40,236 nt of DNA from an uncultured bacterium. GTDB taxonomy: Bacteria; Cyanobacteriota; Cyanobacteriia; CAKZMO01. The stretch spans positions 5,655-45,890 of the forward strand of contig CAYXJG010000001.1 of the NCBI GenBank assembly GCA_964465285.1, in the 5' to 3' direction. The position numbers were made by a program, and so were the translations under genes. Shown here piece by piece: positions 1 to 8,817 of this stretch; within the stretch, counting starts at the first letter, position 1, and every line of letters begins with the position of its first letter. The notes beneath the pieces were generated by a model. The model made no database searches and was not told the origin of the DNA. It worked only from the letters and a program-made list of their open reading frames with translations.

Positions 1-60
1 AAAAGAGCGATCAATCAAAAGAGCGATCAATCAAAAGAGCGATCAATCAAAAGAGCGATC
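1..60. repeat. 16-bp tandem repeat AAAAGAGCGATCAATC, about 3.75 copies, possibly truncated by the window edge
   Basis: Units start at 1, 17, 33 and 49. The last copy runs into GCGATCGTC. Confidence 0.9.
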
Positions 61-549
61 GTCATAGAGCATAGAGGTTTGCTCTATGCTGTTACTTTTT
101 CAACCGCCAATAAATGTAGCAATCCTGAATGAAATGTAAGAGTTGGGGTGGGCTGCGTCCGCCTTAACTCTTATATTTCATTTCACAAATCACTTAGGAG
201 CGCGATGGGAACCTATGAGTAAAAATCTGAAAGGAATAAGTAAGAATTTGAAGGGAATAGGTGCATCTCATTTTTGTTGGGTGGACGAGCTGCGCCCGTC
301 CACCCAACAAGACCGAATTGATTAATTTGAAAAAGTGGGATGCTCCCAGTAGGAACCTGTAAGTAAGAACCTATAGTGACTAATTGGCAGTAGTTAAAAA
401 AACATCTGTCATTCAAGTCCGCTTGAGGTGAGTGGGCTAATGTGGAAGTTTCAGACAATGGCGATCGCAGTATTAATGCAGTAGTGACGGTTTCGTCATT
501 GCTCTGCATTGGCAATCAAGCATAATGATACCTAAGGAGTTTCATATTT

Positions 550-867
550 ATGACGACGACACAAAATGAAGGTCAGGAGAAAGGATTGTACGAAGAGCGA
601 GTGCGTGCAGAATTAGATAAACTCAATGCGCAAATTAATGAGCTGAAAGCGAAGAGTGAGCAAGCAGAGGCAGACGCAAGAATTCAATACAATAACCTGA
701 TTGAAGACCTTCAGACAAAGCAGGCGGCTGCAGAGAATAAGCTGAAAGAGTTGCAAGCAGCAGGCGAAAATGCTTGGGGCGACATTCAGGATGGTTTTGA
801 AAGCGCTTGGAAAGACCTTCAGACAGCGTTCGATCAGGCCATGTCAAAGATGAACGAGGCTAGCTAG
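550..867 (+). CDS. small coiled-coil protein (105 aa), function unknown
   Basis: ATG preceded by TAAGGAG. Heptad-like, charged, Ala/Glu/Gln/Lys-rich sequence. Lies 65 nt upstream of dps on the same strand. Confidence 0.6.
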   Translation: MTTTQNEGQEKGLYEERVRAELDKLNAQINELKAKSEQAEADARIQYNNLIEDLQTKQAAAENKLKELQAAGENAWGDIQDGFESAWKDLQTAFDQAMSKMNEAS

Positions 868-932
868 TGAAGCTGCGTTATTGAAGAAAATCTCGAAATT
901 TTCCAGAAACACGAAGGAGGATATCTAAACCT

Positions 933-1472
933 ATGGCAACTATTAAGCCAAACATCGGATTAACAGAAGAGCAGCGGTATGGTGTAATTGAGCTACTTAA
1001 CTCAGATTTAGCTGACACCTATCTGCTGCTTGTCAAAACTCGTAAGTATCACTGGGATGTAGTAGGTGCTCAATTTCGGTCACTGCATGAACTTTGGCAA
1101 GAGCATTATGAAGCGCTGTCTGAGAATGCGGATGCGTTTGCTGAGCGTGTGCGGATGTTGGGTGGCTACCCCGTGGGCACAGTCGCTAGCTTTTTAGACC
1201 TAACGTCTATTCAAGAACATCCAGGTGACTTGCCTGGTCCTGATGAAATGGTTGCACGACTAGTTCACGACCACGAGCAAATTGTTCGGAATCTACGCAA
1301 TCACATCGATCAATGTACTGAAAAGTACCACGATGAAGGTACTGCTGATTTCTTAACGGGAATTATGGAGCAGCACGAAGAGAGTGCATGGATGCTGCGC
1401 TCCTTCATTGAAGGCTCAACAGCTATTGGCGATAGTTTTGCAGCAAAGCGCGATGAGCCTGTGAAAGTTTAA
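933..1472 (+). CDS. dps: Dps family DNA-binding ferritin-like protein
   Basis: GAAGGAGG ribosome-binding site. Dps-type motifs YHWDVVG...F..LHELW..HY and HDHE. Confidence 0.9.
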   Translation: MATIKPNIGLTEEQRYGVIELLNSDLADTYLLLVKTRKYHWDVVGAQFRSLHELWQEHYEALSENADAFAERVRMLGGYPVGTVASFLDLTSIQEHPGDLPGPDEMVARLVHDHEQIVRNLRNHIDQCTEKYHDEGTADFLTGIMEQHEESAWMLRSFIEGSTAIGDSFAAKRDEPVKV

Positions 1473-1626
1473 GCACGCTAGAGTTCGTTCGAAGACAGGG
1501 ACGACTCTCCATAACGCCAATTTGGGTAAGCTCAAAGCTGCATTCAGTCATCTGCGACGTGGACGGCTGAATGCGGCTTTTTGGGGGCGGACGCACTGCG
1601 TCCGCCCCCCGAAAACTGCTCAACCC

Positions 1627-1725
1627 GACTTGGCAAAGTTCTCAAATTCACAACGCAAAAATAGGGGTCTGGCGCGCGCTCCGCGCGCCAGACCCCTATT
1701 TTTGCGTGAAACTTGCCAAGTCGTG
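1627..1725 (+). mobile_element. F1 MITE-like palindromic element, copy 1
   Basis: GACTTGGCAAAGTTCTCAAATTCACAACGCAAAAATAGGGGTCTGGCGCGCG-ctc-CGCGCGCCAGACCCCTATTTTTGCGTGAAACTTGCCAAGTCGTG. Flanked by the direct repeat GCTCAACCC (1618-1626 and 1726-1734). Confidence 0.85.
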
Positions 1726-1815
1726 GCTCAACCCAAACTGCAGGTTCCATAGGGTCTGCTAGAAAGTTTGCTGAAAAGCATCAGTTATCTGACTTAGCCC
1801 ATGCTGAGCTTGATC

Positions 1816-1978
1816 CTCCCTAACCCTCCCTAAAAAGCTAATCCTGTAGGGATTTTAAACTCCGATCTTGAACCTACGCGGTTTCAGCGATCGATGGTGC
1901 AAATCACCGATTCTGAAAGTGTTGTTGTGAGGGGTTTCGCAGAAACCCCTACAGGATTAGCCTAAAAAGGAGGGAACC
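1816..1978. mobile_element. about 165-bp element with inverted termini (GCTAATCCTGTAGGG / CCCTACAGGATTAGC)
   Basis: A 15-nt perfect inverted repeat sits near 1837-1851 and 1948-1962, extended by imperfect CCTCCCTAAAAAG / CTAAAAAGGAGGG. Confidence 0.55.
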
Positions 1979-2023
1979 AGATCGGAAGTCCCCCTTTTTA
2001 AGGGGGATTGAGGGGGATCTTGC

Positions 2024-2041
2024 ACGACTTGGCAAAGTCGT
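2024..2041. repeat. F1 termini-only mini-palindrome ACGACTTGGCAAAGTCGT
   Basis: The outer 7 nt of both F1 termini are joined with only GGCA between them. Confidence 0.7.
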
Positions 2042-2238
2042 GTTACTTGACAATTTGCTAGAATGATTGATTGCAAAAACTCTAGCGAGTGTTTAGACAA
2101 ATTCCTAGCACAGAAAAAATTATTGATACAAGAAAAATTAAATGCTGCGTTATGTTACGAGTGTTTTTACGCCATGTTACTTATTTGAACTAGCCGGGAA
2201 AGATATAAACTATATCAACACAGAGTTAGGGACCAACT

Positions 2239-2856
2239 ATGATTCATCCTGATACTGAACTTCGCTTCATAAATCCTGAGATGGGATATGGTGTTTTTGC
2301 TACAGCAGATATTCCAAAGGGAACAATCGTATATGTCCAGGATGAACTTGACATTGTAATTCCAGTGGATAGCCCATTGTTACAGAAGCCCCAGTATCGA
2401 GATATCGTTAAGCGATTTTCTTATTTTGAGAAAGGAAAATATATTATCAGTTGGGATATCGAAAAATACCTAAACCATAGCTGTGATAGTAATCGGTTGA
2501 CGACAGGATACGGTTTTGAAGTTGCCATTCGGGATATTAAGCAGGGTGAGGAATTAACCGATGACTATGGTGCACTGAATGTTGACTTTGATTTTCAGTG
2601 TAAATGTGGAAGCCATAATTGTCGGCGATCGATCTCGCGCAAACATTTCGGTTCTCATGTAGAAAAGTGGGATCGCAAAATTCAGGCAGCATTCACCCAG
2701 ACTAAAAATGTAGAGCAGCCGTTGTGGCAGTATCTTGACCAGGATACCCATCAGGCACTCATGAAGTATCTGAATACAGGTATTGGGTATCGTTCTGTTA
2801 GTGCTATTCAATATGTCCAAGACGATCATCTAGCAGAGACTATTTCAATGGCATAG
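2239..2856 (+). CDS. SET domain-containing protein (putative protein-lysine methyltransferase)
   Basis: GYGVFA...G..V, NHSCDSN, EELTDDYG and a post-SET Cys cluster CKCGSHNC. Confidence 0.85.
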   Translation: MIHPDTELRFINPEMGYGVFATADIPKGTIVYVQDELDIVIPVDSPLLQKPQYRDIVKRFSYFEKGKYIISWDIEKYLNHSCDSNRLTTGYGFEVAIRDIKQGEELTDDYGALNVDFDFQCKCGSHNCRRSISRKHFGSHVEKWDRKIQAAFTQTKNVEQPLWQYLDQDTHQALMKYLNTGIGYRSVSAIQYVQDDHLAETISMA

Positions 2857-2959
2857 GTAGGTGGTCATAATTAAGTGTAAAATTCACAAACCCTGTGCTC
2901 CCGCACAGCAGGCAGCCCAGGGTTTTGTAGTTAGTTTTTAATTGTGCTGAGGTACTTAG
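2857..2959 (+). mobile_element. F2 MITE-like element, copy A
   Basis: GTAGGTGGTCATAATTAA...central hairpin CCCTGTGCT..AGCCCAGGG...TTAATTGTGCTGAGGTACTTA. Starts at the SET stop codon. Related copies at 11641, 22820 and 25589. Confidence 0.75.
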
Positions 2960-2964
2960 CTATT

Positions 2965-3067
2965 ACGACTTGGCAAAGTTCTCAAATTCACAACGCAAAA
3001 ATAGGGATTTGGCACGCGCTCAGCGCGCGCCAAATCCCTATTTTTGCGTGAAACTTGCCAAGTCGTG
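2965..3067 (+). mobile_element. F1 MITE-like element, copy 2
   Basis: Full-length copy with stem variant TAGGGATTT/AAATCCCTA. Flanks TTAGCTATT / GTAGCTATC match 7 of 9. Confidence 0.85.
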
Positions 3068-3100
3068 TAGCTATCTTACTGACAGGGCCGCAATAGCAGC

Positions 3101-3865
3101 ATGACGATAGAGAGCATCGCCGTAGATATTACACCTGTGGCCATCACCGTGGCCGTGGTGATGGGTTTTGCCTCACTCATTCAAAGCATTGCCGGGTTTG
3201 GTTTTGCTTTAGTTGCAATGCCAGTCTTAGTGGACATGATTGGCATCGACCAAGCAGCTCCCCTAGTTGCCATGACGGGTTTATTCAACAGCACAGTCAT
3301 TTGGTTAGTGTATCGGCACGCCTCTCGAATAATGTCGGTATTGCGGTTGCTAGTGGGATCATGGATAGGCATTCCTATTGGATTGTATGGATTGCAGTAT
3401 TTACCCGATTCCATTGCCTTTGTATTACTAGGCGTTATTGTCAGTAGTTATGCTCTCCATAGCTTGATCGGAGCTAGTTTGCCGAAGCTCGATTCCCCTT
3501 TGTGGGGGTATGGGTTTGGAGCGGGCGCTGGTATGCTGGCAGGAAGCTATAACATTCCAGGGCCAGCGGTTGTGTTTTACGGGCAGTGCCGCCGCTGGCT
3601 ACCTGGTGAGTTTAAGGGCAACCTATCTGGATACTTTTGGTTCAATTCTGTGGCAGTGGTGGTGGGGCACCGAATCCAGCAAAATTTCGGCCATGATGTG
3701 CTGGTGCAGTTTGCGATCGCCCTTCCCGCTGTTCTTACAGGATTTGCTATCGGAACGATCATTTCGCGTCGCTTAAATCCCGACATTTTTCGCCGGATGG
3801 TGTTGTGGCTGTTGATGGCTACCGGAATCCGCCTTGTGTGGACAGGGGCAAACCAGCTTTTCTAG
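3101..3865 (+). CDS. TauE/SafE (TSUP) family membrane transporter
   Basis: 254 aa, polytopic and Gly-rich. The internally duplicated 4-TM pattern is typical of sulfite-exporter TauE/SafE proteins. Confidence 0.7.
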   Translation: MTIESIAVDITPVAITVAVVMGFASLIQSIAGFGFALVAMPVLVDMIGIDQAAPLVAMTGLFNSTVIWLVYRHASRIMSVLRLLVGSWIGIPIGLYGLQYLPDSIAFVLLGVIVSSYALHSLIGASLPKLDSPLWGYGFGAGAGMLAGSYNIPGPAVVFYGQCRRWLPGEFKGNLSGYFWFNSVAVVVGHRIQQNFGHDVLVQFAIALPAVLTGFAIGTIISRRLNPDIFRRMVLWLLMATGIRLVWTGANQLF

Positions 3866-3919
3866 TGGGAGTAGCGTATGATCAGAGGCATCATCGTGCC
3901 CATGGGACTCTAATCAGCA

Positions 3920-5977
3920 GTGCAAATGCCCCTTCAATTTGGACGTGAAATTTGCGGTGACTTATACACCGCATCTCAACGAGAATGGCTTGTGACCAAT
4001 GGTATTGGTGGCTATGCGTGCGGGACTGTTCCCGGTATTCTCACTCGGCATTATCATGGCATCTTAATTGCTGCCTTGGAGTCGCCCGTGGGCCGCATGT
4101 TAATGGTCACTAAGCTAGATGAGTCTGCGATCTACCATAACCAGATTTACCAACTCTGCGCGAATCGGTGGGCTGATGGCATTGTCAATCCAGAGGGACA
4201 TCGTTATTTAGAACAGTTTTCTCTGGACGGCAGTATTCCAACCTGGCGCTATGTATTTTCAGATGCAGCATTAACTAAGCAAGTTTGGATGCAGCAGGGG
4301 GAAAACACCACCTATGTCCGCTATACCCTGAACCGAGGAAGCGGATCAGTTTTTCTCAACCTGAAAGCGTTGGTGAATTATCGTAACCATCATGGAGGGG
4401 CAACGCTGGGCAACTGGTCAGTTGAGTCAGTCCAGCCTCTGGAAGCCGTGCCTGGGGATTCTTCCTCCCAGACTAGGGTTCGGGTCACAGCATTTAATGG
4501 AGCCACTCCCGTATATCTTTATACTCAACAAGGCAATATCTTAACGGAAAAGCACTGGTATCATAATTTCGATTTGTCGATGGAGCGCTACCGGGGCACC
4601 GGAGAGCTAGAAGATCATCTCCATGCCGCCACCGTTAAAATGACGTTGAATCCAGGGGAGAGCGTGACAGTGGTTGCGAGTACGAACCCGGATGTCTCTC
4701 TGGATGGCAGTGCTGCTTTGGGCGATCGCCATACCTACGACCAGTCTCTTCTAAAATCCTGGTATGCTGCTCACAACATCACCCCAGAGCAGACCCCAGA
4801 CTGGATTCGGCAATTAGTTCTCGCTGCTGATCAGTTCATCGTCGATCGCCCTCTTGCCGAAGAGTTAGATGGCAAGACTGTGATTGCCGGATATCCCTGG
4901 TTTAATGACTGGGGGCGTGACACGATGATTAGCCTACCTGGACTCACCATCAGCCCAGGCCGTCCCCATGTGGCCCGCCCCATTTTGCGAACCTTTGCCT
5001 GCTATCTGAGCCAGGGCATGTTGCCCAATCTCTTCCCTGACCGGGGCGAAACCCCAGGCTATAACACCGTTGACGCGATTCTCTGGTATTTCGAGGCGAT
5101 TCGGGCATACTATGATGCGACCGATGACCAGGCATTGCTAGCAGAGTTGTTTCCTGCCCTGGAGGAGGTCATTGACTGGCACTGCCGGGGGACGCGCTAC
5201 AGCATTCATCTCGATCCTCAGGATGGCTTAATCTATGCTGGGGAACCAGGGGCGCAGCTCACCTGGATGGATGTGAAAATTGGAGACTGGGTGGTGACGC
5301 CCCGTACAGGTAAACCTATTGAAGTCAATGCCCTGTGGTATAACGCCTTGCGGACAATGGCGCTATTTGCCCAGCGGTTGAACCAGTCGCCCAGTCGCTA
5401 CGAGGACATGGCAGAGCAGACCCGCCTGGGGTTTCAGCAATTTTGGAACCGAGCTGAGGGCTATTGCTACGACGTGATTGACGCGCCCCTGGGCTACGAC
5501 GATACCCTGCGACCAAATCAGATTTTTGCGGTGTCCCTTCCTTTTGATAGGGCCTATCACGAAGCTCCCCTGCTGACGGCGGAACAGCAGAAATCTGTGG
5601 TTGATGTGCTGGGGCGAGAGCTGCTCACCTCCTATGGCTTGCGCTCGCTCGCTCCCTCTGACTCAGACTATCGGGGAACCTATGGTGGGCCGCCCGCTGA
5701 ACGGGATGCCGCCTATCACCAAGGAACGGTCTGGGGATGGTTGCTGGGGCCCTACGTACAGGCGTACCTGCGGGTATATCAGAATCCAGAGCGGTGCCGT
5801 GAACTGCTAGGGGCGATCGCCAACCACCTCTCTACCATTGGATTGGGCACCATCAGCGAAATTTTTGACGGGGATCCACCACACTATCCTCGGGGATGCT
5901 TTGCTCAGGCGTGGAGTGTGGCGGAGGTGCTGCGTGCCTGGACGGTGGTGGAAGGGTTTGGGAGTAAGGGGGAATAG
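3920..5977 (+). CDS. glycogen debranching enzyme-like amylo-alpha-1,6-glucosidase family protein
   Basis: N-terminal WLVTNG.GGYA, GYPWFNDWGRDTMISLPGL and a C-terminal (alpha/alpha)6 region with AYHQGTVWGWL. Start is GTG 3920 or ATG 3926. Confidence 0.8.
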   Translation: MQMPLQFGREICGDLYTASQREWLVTNGIGGYACGTVPGILTRHYHGILIAALESPVGRMLMVTKLDESAIYHNQIYQLCANRWADGIVNPEGHRYLEQFSLDGSIPTWRYVFSDAALTKQVWMQQGENTTYVRYTLNRGSGSVFLNLKALVNYRNHHGGATLGNWSVESVQPLEAVPGDSSSQTRVRVTAFNGATPVYLYTQQGNILTEKHWYHNFDLSMERYRGTGELEDHLHAATVKMTLNPGESVTVVASTNPDVSLDGSAALGDRHTYDQSLLKSWYAAHNITPEQTPDWIRQLVLAADQFIVDRPLAEELDGKTVIAGYPWFNDWGRDTMISLPGLTISPGRPHVARPILRTFACYLSQGMLPNLFPDRGETPGYNTVDAILWYFEAIRAYYDATDDQALLAELFPALEEVIDWHCRGTRYSIHLDPQDGLIYAGEPGAQLTWMDVKIGDWVVTPRTGKPIEVNALWYNALRTMALFAQRLNQSPSRYEDMAEQTRLGFQQFWNRAEGYCYDVIDAPLGYDDTLRPNQIFAVSLPFDRAYHEAPLLTAEQQKSVVDVLGRELLTSYGLRSLAPSDSDYRGTYGGPPAERDAAYHQGTVWGWLLGPYVQAYLRVYQNPERCRELLGAIANHLSTIGLGTISEIFDGDPPHYPRGCFAQAWSVAEVLRAWTVVEGFGSKGE

Positions 5978-6005
5978 AGAAGGGGGAAGAAATTTTGGAG
6001 TTGCT

Positions 6006-6104
6006 GTTTTTATAGCGCTATGCAAGCGCATTCAGTACCGTGTGTTGAGTGGCGGCGCAGAGCGCCGCCACTCAACACATTTGGGTGTGCTTAATCAATT
6101 TGCA
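6006..6104 (-). mobile_element. F3 MITE-like element, copy 1
   Basis: TTATAGCGCTATGCAA...GTGTTGAGTGGCGGCGCAGAGCGCCGCCACTCAACAC...TTAATCAATTTGCAC. Reverse complement of the copy at 17618. Abuts F1 copy 3. Confidence 0.7.
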
Positions 6105-6208
6105 CACGACTTGGCAAGTTTCACACAAAAATAGAGATTTGGCGCGCGCGGCGCAGGCCCCAGGTCCCTAGTTTTGCCTTGTGAATTTGAGAACTCTGCC
6201 AAGTCGTG
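6105..6208 (-). mobile_element. F1 MITE-like element, copy 3 (decayed stem)
   Basis: Both termini are intact (CACGACTTGGCAAG / CTGCCAAGTCGTG). The inner stem carries several uncompensated changes. Confidence 0.75.
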
Positions 6209-6507
6209 TTCAGCGCATCAACGCGACACTATGTTCAGCATCGGGGAGCAACTTCCTCATTTTCTCGGACATTTAAACAAAGGAAGATGTGGTTAACTTA
6301 AAGGAAGAAAGAATCAGGTCATCAAGAATCATAAAACCTTAATAAATATTTGATTTTCGATGGGGGTTGCGCAGAACTCCAGTGGAAAATCGGACTGTAG
6401 TGAACGTGCAACAACGATTACAGTTGCAGTTAAGGTTTGATGAATTAGGGTGCGGAACCACTGCTCATATCGATTCTGTTTATCTCAAGATTGAAGGGTT
6501 CCCGTTT

Positions 6508-8601
6508 ATGACCGTCGCCGATCAGTCGTCTGCTCCTGATCACGAGTCTTACGTTCCAAAAAATTCAGTTCCCTATGTTGGTGCATTAGTTGGAGGCCGC
6601 TATCGCGTCACGTGCCGCCTGGCTGAGGGAACGTTTGGGCATACGTATCTCGCTAGGGACACGCATCTTCCCAACTCGCCTGAGTGTGTGGTTAAACAGC
6701 TCAAGCTTCAAACAAGTGCCAAGGCTATGGAAATGGCCCGTCGCTTGTTTCATAAAGAGGCTGAGATTCTATACAAGCTGGGCACTCATCCCCAGATTCC
6801 GCAGCTTCTTGCACACTTCGAGCAAGATAATGAATTTTTCCTGGCACAAGAATTGATTGATGGCTTTCCCGTTGCCGACGAATTGACCCCCGATCGCCCC
6901 TGGTCAGATGCCCAAGTCGTGCGCCTCCTCAGAGAAATCCTGGAAGTGCTGAGCTTTGTGCATGGACGGCAGGTGATTCACCGAGACATTAAACCGGGGA
7001 ACCTGATTCGCCGTAAGCACGACGGAAAGATTGTTCTCATCGATTTTGGGGCCGTTAAGGAAGTCACCAATCGGTTTTTGTCTACTCGGCCTGGAGAAAC
7101 AGACTACACCATTGCTATTGGCACCTTTGGCTACATTCCCAAGGAACAGTTGGGAGGACGGCCCCGCTTTAGTAGCGATATTTTTGCGGTGGGGATGCTC
7201 GGCATCCAGGCACTCACTGGCGTCCACCCGAATGAACTGATGGAAGATGAGCAAACCGCTGAATGGCGCTGGCGCGATCGCCTCACGGCTCCTATCAACC
7301 CTGAATTTGCCGACATCATCGACTGTATGGTGCGATACGATTTTCGCGATCGCTACCCCAATGCGGAAACAGCACTGCAGGCCATTCAGTCTCTTCCTGC
7401 TTCTTTCCTGGAAGCCGTGCCCGCTCCCCCGTGGCGAGTGTCATCTGCAACATACTCAAATTTGCCTCCCACAGATGCCTTTGGGTCAAATCTGGTTGTG
7501 CCAGAGGCATCCCAGGCCACGGGTTCGTCATCCCAACCATCAACACCGCCCTCATCTCAACATCCCAGCTCGCCGACCCGTCTAGGGTCTGATTTGAATC
7601 CATCAAGTCATTCATCTAATCTTTCGTCTGACCCGTTGGAGGGATCTGTTCCGGCATGGCCGACAGAATTTGACGCGCCTCCTGGTCAGCTACGTCAGGG
7701 GGTTGCCTCCCCGTCGGAGACACCAAACCGTGCATCGCGCTCTGATATACTGTCTTCCCAGATTCCCGCATCTGCATCGGCGAACGGTGTCTCCCCGGTT
7801 CGCAGTGCCCCGACCCAGATGACTGATGTGGTTGCCCCTAGTTTTAGCCGAAGCCACTCTCAGGCAGGTTCCGTTGCCGAGCCTCGTCCCCGTAGCTCCA
7901 AGGGGATTCCTCCAGCGCATCCGTCCATGCCATACAAGGGGCGATCGCCCTCTCCAATGCCTCCATTGCCACCCCTGACGTTTAAGCGCTGGAAAGAAGA
8001 TGTCCTGGTTGCTGCAGGCTGGGCACAACACTGGTTATCCCGCTCGTGGCATCTGGTTGTGCTGATTAGCAGCATGAGCTTGACCCTAATGCTGGTTCGT
8101 GGGGTCACGGCATCCCTGGGAGAACAGCCTGTCATGCGGTTGAATGTCCTCGAAGCGAATTACCTGAAAGATGCGGAACATCTGATTCAGAGCCTTTCCT
8201 CTATCGAAGAAACGCTGAGCCCCAGCATTGAAGCCCTCAACCTGCTGGAAGAAGCCCATCTCGTCCGAGAAGCAGGCCGCTATCAGGAGGCGATGAGGCT
8301 CTATCAGCAAGCGCTGGGTATGGACCCTAGACTAACCGACGCCATTTGGGGACAGTGTGCCGCGCTCAATGGCCAAGGACACTTTGAAATTGCATCATCC
8401 GTTTGCTATAAAGCTTTAGCCATTGATCCCAACCATGCCAAGGCACTATGGAGTTCTGCCGAAGCCAATGAGAACATGGGGCTTCATGAGCAGGCGTTTG
8501 AAGAACGAAGCCGCGCCCTCTCCATTGATCCGAACTTGCCTGAATCCTTACACAGCACCTTTGAGGAGGTACCTTCCCAAGACGACTCTACTGCTGATTA
8601 A
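6508..8601 (+). CDS. Ser/Thr protein kinase with S/P-rich linker, one TM helix and C-terminal TPR repeats
   Basis: Hanks motifs G.GTFG, VVK, HRDIKPGN, DFG and GT.GY.P.E. TPR-like YQEAMRLYQQAL..DP. I chose ATG 6508 over the ORF-track TTG at 6367. Confidence 0.85.
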   Translation: MTVADQSSAPDHESYVPKNSVPYVGALVGGRYRVTCRLAEGTFGHTYLARDTHLPNSPECVVKQLKLQTSAKAMEMARRLFHKEAEILYKLGTHPQIPQLLAHFEQDNEFFLAQELIDGFPVADELTPDRPWSDAQVVRLLREILEVLSFVHGRQVIHRDIKPGNLIRRKHDGKIVLIDFGAVKEVTNRFLSTRPGETDYTIAIGTFGYIPKEQLGGRPRFSSDIFAVGMLGIQALTGVHPNELMEDEQTAEWRWRDRLTAPINPEFADIIDCMVRYDFRDRYPNAETALQAIQSLPASFLEAVPAPPWRVSSATYSNLPPTDAFGSNLVVPEASQATGSSSQPSTPPSSQHPSSPTRLGSDLNPSSHSSNLSSDPLEGSVPAWPTEFDAPPGQLRQGVASPSETPNRASRSDILSSQIPASASANGVSPVRSAPTQMTDVVAPSFSRSHSQAGSVAEPRPRSSKGIPPAHPSMPYKGRSPSPMPPLPPLTFKRWKEDVLVAAGWAQHWLSRSWHLVVLISSMSLTLMLVRGVTASLGEQPVMRLNVLEANYLKDAEHLIQSLSSIEETLSPSIEALNLLEEAHLVREAGRYQEAMRLYQQALGMDPRLTDAIWGQCAALNGQGHFEIASSVCYKALAIDPNHAKALWSSAEANENMGLHEQAFEERSRALSIDPNLPESLHSTFEEVPSQDDSTAD

Positions 8602-8634
8602 AGGTCGCTGGAACTCTACAAAGAAAGAAATAAA

Positions 8635-8697
8635 GGGCTGGCGGAGCTACCGTACGCGACCAGCCTCCTATTTTTGCGTGAAACTTGCCAAGTTGTG
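8635..8697 (+). mobile_element. F1 half-element (3' arm) fused to a different hairpin
   Basis: Stem GGCTGG..CCAGCC followed by CTATTTTTGCGTGAAACTTGCCAAGTTGTG. Lies 34 nt after the kinase stop codon. Confidence 0.65.
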
Positions 8698-8817
8698 TGT
8701 GTAAACCTTGATGAATTGATTGCTTTTGGGCCTGATGCTTTTAGGTAATCTCTGGGAATGATTGAGATAAGGTGCCGATTGATTCACCGACAAACACTTC
8801 TTTCAATCCCCATTACC

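Noticed and set aside
213-515. 100-aa minus-strand ORF and 60-aa plus-strand ORF (143-325) upstream of the coiled-coil gene
   Set aside because: Both span GC-rich hairpin repeats (GTTGGGTGGACG..CGTCCACCCAAC at about 274-307), have no ribosome-binding site, and overlap each other.
1522-1762. ORFs encoding LAKFSNSQRKNRG... / ...PYFCVKLAKS peptides (also 8423-8704, 15864-16067, 22707-22928, 25280-25606, 33065-33634)
   Set aside because: They are read-throughs of F1 MITE copies. The same peptide recurs wherever the element occurs, and in both orientations.
6367-6507. N-terminal extension of the kinase from TTG 6367 (also 8758 for the zinc-ribbon gene, 26926 for pdxJ, 39302 for ycf23, 29694 for the membrane protein)
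   Set aside because: The extensions add non-conserved-looking residues, use rarer start codons or run through repeats. Internal ATG or GTG codons give N-termini typical of each family. The chosen starts remain unverified.
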